NCBI GenBank assembly: GCA_040386535.1
Contig: JAZKFH010000043.1
Location: forward strand, 1 to 64,000
Source of the DNA: Myxococcota bacterium
GTDB lineage: Bacteria; Myxococcota_A; UBA796; SXON01
Reading direction: 5' to 3'
DNA length: 64,000 nucleotides
A model generated the notes under the pieces. That model was not told the DNA's origin, made no database searches, and saw only the letters and a program-made list of their open reading frames with translations. A program made the translations under genes and the position numbers. This document shows positions 56,575-64,000 of the stretch, piece by piece. Position 1 is the first letter of the stretch. Every line of letters begins with the position of its first letter.

Positions 56575-57576
56575 ATGAACGTCCCTTTGTCTCCGGCGCA
56601 CGCGCGCACCCTCGGCACCACCGGCCCCGCGGTCTTTCCGCTCGCGCTCGGCTGCATGGGCATGTCCAAGATGTACGGCCCGGCCGACGAGGCGGAGAGC
56701 ATCGCCACGATCCACGCCGCGCTGGACCACGGCGTCAACCTCCTCGACACCGGCGACTTCTACGGCTGCGGCCACAACGAGCGGCTCGTCGGGCGCGCCC
56801 TCGCCGGCCGTCGTGACCAGGCGGTGCTCTCCGTGAAGTTCGGCGCCTTGCGCGCGCCGGGCGGCGGATGGGGCGGGGTGGACGGCCGGCCGGCCGCGGT
56901 CAAGAACTTCGCCGCCTACAGCCTGGATCGCCTGGGCGTCGACCACATCGACGTGTACCGCCTCGCCCGGCTCGACCCGGAGGTGCCGATCGAGGACACC
57001 ATCGGCGCCGTCGCCGAGCTGGTGAAGGCCGGGTACGTGCGCCACATCGGCCTGTCCGAGGTGAGCGCCGAGACCGTGCGCCGCGCCGCCGCCGTGCACC
57101 CCATCGCCGACCTGCAGATCGAGTACTCGCTCATCAGCCGCGGCCCAGAGGCGTCGGTGTTCCCCGCGCTCGACACGCTCGGCATCGGCGTGACCGCGTA
57201 CGGCGTGTTGTCCCGCGGGCTCCTGTCCGGCTCCAAACCCGCAGGGGAGGGCGACTATCGCGCCTGGCTCCCCCGCTTCGCCCCCGAGAACCGGGCGCGG
57301 AACGAGGCGATCGTCACCGCGCTGGCAACCCTCGCGGCGGAGCGCGGTGTCACCCCGAGCCAGCTGGCCATCGCCTGGGTGCTGGCCAAGCGACCCAACA
57401 TCGTCCCGCTCATCGGCGCGCGCACGCGGATCCAACTCGAGGAGTCGCTCGGCGCCTTGTCGATCACGCTCGGCCCCGACGATCTCGCGGCGATCGAGCG
57501 GGCGATCCCGGCGGATGCCGCGGCGGGCACCCGCTACGACGCGCACCACATGGGGACGCTCGACAGCGAGCGGTGA
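56575..57576 (+). CDS. Aldo/keto reductase
   Basis: LGCMGMS, DTGDFYG, SL.RLG.D.ID.Y, IGLSE, Q.EYSL, QLA.AW; AGGAG RBS; divergent from LysR. Confidence 0.95.
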   Translation: MNVPLSPAHARTLGTTGPAVFPLALGCMGMSKMYGPADEAESIATIHAALDHGVNLLDTGDFYGCGHNERLVGRALAGRRDQAVLSVKFGALRAPGGGWGGVDGRPAAVKNFAAYSLDRLGVDHIDVYRLARLDPEVPIEDTIGAVAELVKAGYVRHIGLSEVSAETVRRAAAVHPIADLQIEYSLISRGPEASVFPALDTLGIGVTAYGVLSRGLLSGSKPAGEGDYRAWLPRFAPENRARNEAIVTALATLAAERGVTPSQLAIAWVLAKRPNIVPLIGARTRIQLEESLGALSITLGPDDLAAIERAIPADAAAGTRYDAHHMGTLDSER

Positions 57577-57605
57577 GGTCCGGTGCCGCGGGGGCGCGGG
57601 GGCGC

Positions 57606-58253
57606 CTACTTGCGGCGCTTGATCACGTCCTGTACGGCGTTGATGATGGGGTTGTACCAGTAGTTCCGGAACTCCATCCCGCCCGGCGCCTTGCAGATCC
57701 GCTCGGCGGAGAGCATGTCCCGCGAGGCCACGTCGAAGAACACGGGCCACACACACGCCTCGTCCTGCCCCTTGGCGAGGCGCTCCACGACGATCCCGAA
57801 GCCCGTCCCGCTGGTGGAGATCAACGTCCACCCGCGGACGAGCGCCGCCACGTCGGGCTCGGTCAGCCGGGCGGCGTCCTTGCCGAGCGCCTCGGGTCGG
57901 AACCAATTCGACGCGCGCGGGGCGGTCTGCCCGTCGGGCTCGGGGAGCTCGGCCACGAGATCGACCACGAGGTCCTTCTCCATCCGCTTCATCAGGTCGC
58001 CGAGGAACATCGCGTTCCAATCGACGGTGAGTTGGGACCACACGTCGCCCGGCGTGGCGTAGCGCCCGATCCGGTCGGACAACCCCCCGCCGGGGCCCCA
58101 GAACACCCGCGCCTCGGGGTCGGAGAACGTGTCGGGGACGTACATCTCGGCGCGGCTGTAATCGAGCCCCGCCCACACGATCGTGGCGCCGGGCGTGAGC
58201 CGGTCGTCGACCGGATCGGCGAGCGTGGGCGGGACCAGGGCGAACAGGAACAT
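57606..58253 (-). CDS. Exported hypothetical protein
   Basis: Short signal MFLFALVPPTLA; W.GLDYS...G..FRNYW conserved-looking blocks. Confidence 0.75.
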   Translation of the reverse strand: MFLFALVPPTLADPVDDRLTPGATIVWAGLDYSRAEMYVPDTFSDPEARVFWGPGGGLSDRIGRYATPGDVWSQLTVDWNAMFLGDLMKRMEKDLVVDLVAELPEPDGQTAPRASNWFRPEALGKDAARLTEPDVAALVRGWTLISTSGTGFGIVVERLAKGQDEACVWPVFFDVASRDMLSAERICKAPGGMEFRNYWYNPIINAVQDVIKRRK

Positions 58254-58287
58254 GTGCGACCTCGAGGGGGCACCCCCTATCGTGCCA

Positions 58288-60354
58288 TCAGGGCGCCGCC
58301 TCGATCTCCAGCAGGTAGCGCGTGAGATCCGCGGCCTCGGTCAGCACGATCCCGTGCGCAACCAATGCCTCCTCCACGGTCCCTGCCCGCCCGTCGTGCA
58401 GGTAGGGCGCGGTCGCGAACAACCCGCGCAGGCTCGGCGTCCGCAGCCCGGTGAGGGGCACGCCGTCGCGACCGCCGGAGGTCTCGAGGAGCGTCCCCAC
58501 GTCGTGGAGGATCGGCGTGCCGTCCTCGTTCCAGCCCGCGTCGGTCGCCTCGGGGCCGACGTGGCAGGTTTCGCACCCCTCTGCCACGAAAATGGCGCGC
58601 CCGCGTTCACCGGACTCGGTCGCCGTGCCGTCCGCCTCGCGCCAGGGGGAGCGGGGCACGTCCGCGGCGAAGCTCCCGACGTAGGCGGCGAGCGCGTCGA
58701 GCTCCGGGGACAGGCCCGCCTTGGGCTCCCCGAGCGGATCCTCGCAGGTGGCGTAGTCGGCGTCGGACAGGAACCCGGCGCCGGCCTGGTGCGCGCGGAT
58801 GGCGTTCTCGAAGTCCTGCACCTCGTCGAAGTTGGCGCTCCAATGGAGCGGCCCCGCCGCGGGCATCGCGAAGAGCGCCTGGGTGTCGCGGAGGCCCTCG
58901 CCGCGGTCGGTGAAGTCCCAGGTGCGGGCGTCCTGGCTGCCGTCGGGGTGGCAGCTGGCGCAGGACACGTACGCGTCGGTGCTCATGCGGGGATCGCCCG
59001 CGCCGTGGAACACGCGCGCGCCCAGGAGCAGCTCGGCGGAGAGGGGCTCGTCCACGAGGAGCGGGATCCGGGCGAGCTCGACCTCTCCGTTGATGCCACC
59101 CAGATCGTAGGCAACCAACTCCCGGTCGATGGACGCGAGCACCCAGGCGGTCTCGCCGTCGGTCACGAGCCCGTCCAACCCCACGCCCACCTCCTGGAAA
59201 CCGCCCAGGCGGGTGAGCGAGAACGGATCGAGCACATCCACCACGCCCGCGCCGGAGTGGGCGACCAGGAGCCGATCGCCGAGGGGGGTGAACGCGACGG
59301 CGCCGACGACGTCGCGGTTGTCGAACAGGGCGCGCCCGAGCGCCTCGCCGGTGGTCGCGTCGAGGAGCCGCAAGGACGACCGCGTGGACGTTTCGTGCGT
59401 GAGCGGCAGCCCGTCCCGTTGCAGGCCGCGGTCCATGTTGGACTTGGCGCCCGCGATGACCACGGCGCGCCCGTCGGGGCGGATCGCCACGGCGCCGAGC
59501 AGGGTGGGGAGCCCGCGCGCGTCGGTGTCGGAGTCGGGGCCCGGATCGGGGGCGAGCGACCACTCGACGACGCTGCCCGCCTCGAACCGGGTGGTGACGC
59601 CGCCCGTCGAGGGCGACCGGAACCGGGCCGCGAACAGCACGTCGTCGGTCGCGGCCACGCCCCGCGGGTCCGGGAGCTCGCCGACCTGCTCGGTCTCGCC
59701 GCCCGTCCGCAGGTGGACGAGCTCGCCCGTCCCCGCGAGCGCCACGTACGCGCCGCCGCCCCGGGGATCGACGGCGATGCCCATGGGACGGGCGCCCCAG
59801 CGCTGCGGCACCTCGGCGATGCGCGTGCGGCTCGTCGTGTCCCAGAACTGCACGGCGTCGTCCCGGCAGGCCACCGCGAGCTGGCCCTGCGCCGCGCTCA
59901 CCGCGACGGGATGGCCGCAGACAGCGAGCCGATCGATCACCACGTTGTTCTCGACGACCACGACCAGGTCGGCGTCGGGGACCGCGGCGTACACTACGCC
60001 GTCGGCGAGGGCGAGCCGCCCGCTGCTCGTCGGCGGCGTCGCGAGCGGCTCGTGCACGACCACCACCGTGGCGCTGGCGGTGTCGGAGCGACCGTCCGAC
60101 GCGGTGGCCGTCAGCCGGAGCGTGTACCGCCCCGGCTCGGCGTAGACGTGCTCGCCCCCCGCGCCCTCGCCGGTACCGCCGTCGCCGAAGTCCCAGGTGA
60201 ACGTGTCACCCGCGCTCCCCAACGAGCTGAACACCACGTCCACCCCGACGAACACGACGAACTCGCCACCCAACTGCGCGCTGGGCGCGGCGACCACGTC
60301 GGGCGTGGCCTTGGGCGGGTCTACGCACGCGAGGAGGGCGAGGAGCGCGATCAC
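58288..60354 (-). CDS. PKD + YncE/YVTN beta-propeller + di-heme cytochrome c (peroxidase/MauG-like) lipoprotein
   Basis: (M)IALLALLAC; WDFGDG PKD motif; propeller repeats; CASCH, CETCH, TPSLRG...PYLHDG; GTGA overlap with upstream gene. Confidence 0.88.
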   Translation of the reverse strand: MIALLALLACVDPPKATPDVVAAPSAQLGGEFVVFVGVDVVFSSLGSAGDTFTWDFGDGGTGEGAGGEHVYAEPGRYTLRLTATASDGRSDTASATVVVVHEPLATPPTSSGRLALADGVVYAAVPDADLVVVVENNVVIDRLAVCGHPVAVSAAQGQLAVACRDDAVQFWDTTSRTRIAEVPQRWGARPMGIAVDPRGGGAYVALAGTGELVHLRTGGETEQVGELPDPRGVAATDDVLFAARFRSPSTGGVTTRFEAGSVVEWSLAPDPGPDSDTDARGLPTLLGAVAIRPDGRAVVIAGAKSNMDRGLQRDGLPLTHETSTRSSLRLLDATTGEALGRALFDNRDVVGAVAFTPLGDRLLVAHSGAGVVDVLDPFSLTRLGGFQEVGVGLDGLVTDGETAWVLASIDRELVAYDLGGINGEVELARIPLLVDEPLSAELLLGARVFHGAGDPRMSTDAYVSCASCHPDGSQDARTWDFTDRGEGLRDTQALFAMPAAGPLHWSANFDEVQDFENAIRAHQAGAGFLSDADYATCEDPLGEPKAGLSPELDALAAYVGSFAADVPRSPWREADGTATESGERGRAIFVAEGCETCHVGPEATDAGWNEDGTPILHDVGTLLETSGGRDGVPLTGLRTPSLRGLFATAPYLHDGRAGTVEEALVAHGIVLTEAADLTRYLLEIEAAP

Positions 60355-61835
60355 CACGGGATCTCCGCCACGTCGGCGCCGGTGGCGAACACGAAGCGCA
60401 GGGTGGCCTCCGTCGGGTTGCCGCTCACGTCCGCGATGCCGCCGGCCGGCACCTCCACGACGTAGGTGGTGTCGGTGTCGAAGGGGGCGTCGGGCACGAA
60501 GTTCACGAGGCTCTCCTGGCCGTAGAAGCGGCCGGGGACGGCGGCGCCGTCGGCCCGCCACACGCGGAGGGAGCCGGCGTGGACGCTGCGGGGCTCGATC
60601 TGCTCGTCGAAGGAGAGGCCGACGCGGCCCGAGGTCGGCACCCACGTCGCGCCGTCCGCGGGGCTGGTCAGCTCCGCCGTGGGCCCGCGCGCGTCGGGCT
60701 CGGTGGCCCAGGGGAACACCTGCGTCGCGAGGCCGGGATCACCGCCCTCGTCCACGCTCGCGACCGCCACGTTGCCGATGGGCGTGAGCGTGTCGAAGTC
60801 ACCCCGCATGTCGATCCGGGCGATCTCCGTCGGCGCCGCCGGGTCGGTGAAGTCGTAGCGGGCCCCGTAGTTGGACTCGCCCTGGAACAACACGTCGTGA
60901 TGGCGAAAGACGTAGCCTCCGTCGCCCTCGGGCGCGAAGGCCGCCCCCACGCGCACCGGCGCCGTCGGATCGATCAGGTCGTATACGATCGGCCCGCCGC
61001 CCTCCGTCTTGCGGGCGAAGAACGCGTAGCGTCCGCCCACGTTGGCGAAGTAGTACGGCCGCGCCCGCCCGTCCTCGTCCTCGGGCTCCCAATCGGCCAG
61101 CAGCTGCCAATTCGACGGATCGCCGATGTCCCACAACATCGTCCGTGTCAGGCCCGCGGAGGACGCCAGCGCGAGGTTCCCGATGACATGAAAACTCCCG
61201 GCCATGAACGCCGTCTCGGTCCACTGGGAGAGGATCACCGGCGCGGAAAGATCACGCACGTCGACCGCGAACACCCCGAGGAACCCGGCGCTCACGTACA
61301 AGATGTCGCCCTGCCAGAACGTGGAGAGCGCGACACGGAAATACGCGTCCGGGTAGTGGTAGCCGGGCAGCTCGAGGTCGGAGAGCCAAACGGGCGCGGT
61401 GGGATCCGTCAGGTCCCAGAACCCGATCCCGCCGCGGTCGCCGTCGTGATGCGCGTCCACCGCAAGGATCGTGCGCCCACCCACGTCCGCGATGGCGAGC
61501 GTGTGGCTCTCGCGCATCAGCTCGCTGTACGCCTCGCCGACCTTCACCGGCGCGCACGGGTCGGAGAAGTCGAACAGGCTCACCCCGCCGCCGCCGTCCT
61601 CGGGCGCCCACGGGAGCACCAGCCATCCGTCGTACATGCCCACGAGGTTGTGGTGCTCGGCGTCCTCGGGCCCCCCGGTGAGCGCGGCGCACGGCTGATC
61701 GAGGGCCGCCGCGTCGAAGCTGGCGACGGGGCCGCCGGGGCCGGCGAGCACGTAGTCGTCGGGGGCGGGGAACACGTGGGGTTCGACCGGCACGGCGGGC
61801 GGCTCGGTGCAGGCGAGGACGAGGACGAGGAGCAT
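60351..61835 (-). CDS. LVIVD-repeat beta-propeller + SbsA Ig-like (Big_5) lipoprotein
   Basis: MLLVLVLAC; repeated FDFSDP, WDLTDP, YDLIDP; SPADGAT...FDE.I...G.ADVSGN. Confidence 0.82.
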   Translation of the reverse strand: MLLVLVLACTEPPAVPVEPHVFPAPDDYVLAGPGGPVASFDAAALDQPCAALTGGPEDAEHHNLVGMYDGWLVLPWAPEDGGGGVSLFDFSDPCAPVKVGEAYSELMRESHTLAIADVGGRTILAVDAHHDGDRGGIGFWDLTDPTAPVWLSDLELPGYHYPDAYFRVALSTFWQGDILYVSAGFLGVFAVDVRDLSAPVILSQWTETAFMAGSFHVIGNLALASSAGLTRTMLWDIGDPSNWQLLADWEPEDEDGRARPYYFANVGGRYAFFARKTEGGGPIVYDLIDPTAPVRVGAAFAPEGDGGYVFRHHDVLFQGESNYGARYDFTDPAAPTEIARIDMRGDFDTLTPIGNVAVASVDEGGDPGLATQVFPWATEPDARGPTAELTSPADGATWVPTSGRVGLSFDEQIEPRSVHAGSLRVWRADGAAVPGRFYGQESLVNFVPDAPFDTDTTYVVEVPAGGIADVSGNPTEATLRFVFATGADVAEIPW

Positions 61836-61923
61836 GGTGAGGCCCGCGGGGAGCGCAGCTTAGGGTTGGCTTCGAGCCGATGTCCAGCACTTGGGGCGAC
61901 GAGGCTGTCCCCTACGTCGGCAT

Positions 61924-62067
61924 GCGCGAGGGACACGGAGGGCGCGGGGCCGCGCCAGCGGCTCCGCGGTTCGGCGCCGCCCACGCGGAGCGGGGGCGCG
62001 CGCCAACCGAGCGCGCAGCGCGAGCCTGGAGTGGCCCGGCCCCGGCGTCCGCGCCGGGGACGCGCCC
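61924..62067 (-). repeat. Dispersed structured intergenic element, copy 9
   Basis: Reverse complement GGGCGC-CCCCGGCG CGGA CGCCGGGG-...CTCCAGGCTC-GCGC TGC GCGC-TCGGTT-hairpin-G-AACC-hairpin-CCCTCCGTGTCCCTCGCGC; 10 nt after stop at 62078. Confidence 0.78.
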
Positions 62068-62077
62068 GCAGTCGGGC

Positions 62078-63691
62078 TCACCAGGCCGTCGCGTCGTCCC
62101 AGGGGATGTCGAAGCCGGGGACGACCCAGGCGTCCATCGACTCCGTGTCGGGTTCGGGATCCCAGAAGAGCAGGTCTTCGCGGCCGTCTCCCGTGATGTC
62201 GCTGCACGCGCCGTAGGAACCACACCACCAGTCGGTGTCTGGGAAGCGCAGGCGCCGATCTGGGAGCGGATCTCCGGGCGCGGGGATGGTGCCGCCCCGG
62301 ATGACCGATCGCTCGTTGTAGCCGCTGAGCAGCAGCTCGGACACGCCGTCGCCGTCGAGGTCGGCGGCATGGAGCGCGTCCACGCTGGTGTCGTCGACGG
62401 GGGACACCCAGCTGCCGTGGGCGTCGGCGGCGTCGTAGCCCTCGACGAGCAGGTTCGCGGCGGAGAAGATCCACGCGGCGGTCTCGCCGGTGTCGTGGCC
62501 CCCGTACGCGGAGAGCCCCACCTCGCCGTAGCCATCGCCGTCCCAGTCCCCGAGCGGCTCGCCGAAGGACTTGCCTTCGAAGCTCTCCTCGCGCGACCCC
62601 AACGCAATATCCTCCACGTGCGCGCCGCAGAGGGCGCGGGCGTCGGCGCCGGAGACGATCCAAGTCTCCTGCTCCACCGTGAACCCCAGCTCCGGCAGCC
62701 CGTCGCCATCGCCGTCCCCGAGCACGCCCGCGGCCCCCGCTGTCGACACCACACCGCCGTTTCGATGTTGGATGTCACACGAGGCCGCCCAGTCGCCGCC
62801 GAAATAAATCGTGTAGTACACCTCCGTCACGACCTCGAGACCATCTCCATGACCGTCGTTGGCGGCGCCGATGTCTGCGGCGCCGTCGCCATCCACGTCG
62901 ACGCCGGTCCAGACGCTGCTCCACAGCCCGTTGTGGAGGACCTCCACTTCGATGGCCGCGCTCGCGGTGGTGACGCCCGCGCCGAGTGGCCCCAAGAGGT
63001 GCGCGATCGAGCCCTGGTAGGCGGTCCCCATCAGGGAGAGATCGTCGGCGCCGTCGCCATCGACGTCGCCGGTGTCGAGAAGGGTGGCGAACGTGGTCAG
63101 GTCGTAGACGGCCGCGTAGGCCTCGGCGGGGTCACCTGACCAGGACGAAGTTGGGAGTGCGCCCCCGGGGTACACCAGCAGGGTGTTGTGCGCGCGGCCG
63201 TCGATGCGCTCCCGGTACACCAGCTCCACGTCGCCAATGCCGTCGCCGGTGAGGTCGCCCACGCCGGCGATCGCGATGATCGGGGCCCCGTCCAGCAGCT
63301 GAACGCCGGTCCGAGCGAAGTCGACGAGCTCTCCGCACACGCCGACCGCCAGCGGGTCGCCGTCGCAGTCCTGATCGACGTCGTCGCAGGCCTCGGGGGC
63401 GCCGGGGAACACGTCTGGATTCGTGTCATCGCAGTCGTCGCCGCCGTGTTCGATGGCGTTGAAGCCGTCGGCGTCGGCGTCGGGCGAGGTGTCGGTGTCG
63501 GTGTCGGTGTCGGGCGAGGTATCGGTGTCGGTGTCCGCGGAGGTGTCGGTGTCGATGTCCGCGGAGGTGTCGGTGTCGATGTCCGCGGAATCGTGGGTCT
63601 CCGCGGTGTCGGGCGCCGAGGTGTCACCATCGCCCGCGGTGTCGGGGGACGGGCCGGGCGGACCGCTGCAGGCGAGGAGTGCGAGGAGCAT
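62078..63691 (-). CDS. MopE-related motif + FG-GAP repeat lipoprotein
   Basis: MLLALLAC, DT-rich linker, DCDDTNP.VFPGA.E.CD.VDQDCDG, several GD.DGDG repeats. Confidence 0.85.
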   Translation of the reverse strand: MLLALLACSGPPGPSPDTAGDGDTSAPDTAETHDSADIDTDTSADIDTDTSADTDTDTSPDTDTDTDTSPDADADGFNAIEHGGDDCDDTNPDVFPGAPEACDDVDQDCDGDPLAVGVCGELVDFARTGVQLLDGAPIIAIAGVGDLTGDGIGDVELVYRERIDGRAHNTLLVYPGGALPTSSWSGDPAEAYAAVYDLTTFATLLDTGDVDGDGADDLSLMGTAYQGSIAHLLGPLGAGVTTASAAIEVEVLHNGLWSSVWTGVDVDGDGAADIGAANDGHGDGLEVVTEVYYTIYFGGDWAASCDIQHRNGGVVSTAGAAGVLGDGDGDGLPELGFTVEQETWIVSGADARALCGAHVEDIALGSREESFEGKSFGEPLGDWDGDGYGEVGLSAYGGHDTGETAAWIFSAANLLVEGYDAADAHGSWVSPVDDTSVDALHAADLDGDGVSELLLSGYNERSVIRGGTIPAPGDPLPDRRLRFPDTDWWCGSYGACSDITGDGREDLLFWDPEPDTESMDAWVVPGFDIPWDDATAW

Positions 63692-64000
63692 GCCGACAGA
63701 GTAGTCGGGGCGCGAAGGATCCGCATCGCCATTTCCTTCTTTGTCGGCTCGCAACCAGCTGCTCGAAGTTGCGGCGCCCGGCCGACCGTGCGCCTACGCA
63801 AACGATCATGGGCCGCCCGAGCGCGCCGGTGCAGCCTGTCGGATTGGGGCAGGAGATCCGTGTCGACATCGGGGGGCTCGACGGTGCCTGATGGACACAC
63901 CCGAACACATCACTCGTTATGCGGACATATTTTGGCTCATACCCTCAATTCCACCCTTCCGCCCGAGACGCTGCCGGTTAGGTGACCGTATGTTCGCCGG

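Noticed and set aside
63890..64000. AT-richer segment at the window end (GTTATGCGGACATAT, GGTTAGG) as integron att site or promoter
   Set aside because: No integrase or cassette structure visible; context is cut by the window edge.

Overview
Very GC-rich bacterial chromosomal window. Gene content (FG-GAP/MopE-motif lipoproteins, a MYXO-CTERM-like tail, Asp/Thr-rich linkers, DUF4157) points to a Myxococcota-like organism; this is an inference. It holds about 48 protein-coding genes, many exported or lipoprotein. They include aspS, an RluA-family pseudouridine synthase, a SWIM-SNF2 helicase, an orphan SPPY-type DNA methyltransferase, a two-component pair, an RpoE-ChrR locus, a multiheme cytochrome-multicopper oxidase pair and two candidate peptidoglycan-targeting secreted effectors. 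A mobile-element hotspot at 21.6-26.9 kb contains a complete IS21-family element with a 9-bp target duplication, a tandem of ISKra4/IS256-type deletion derivatives with a 9-bp target duplication, and duplicated 153-bp inverted-repeat units. The most striking unexplained signal is a dispersed family of at least 9 intergenic elements of about 120-155 nt. They diverge in sequence but keep one multi-stem fold with compensatory changes and an invariant bulged G, and most lie just 3' of stop codons. No rRNA, tRNA or CRISPR array was found. All calls come from reading motifs by eye; no database searches were run.
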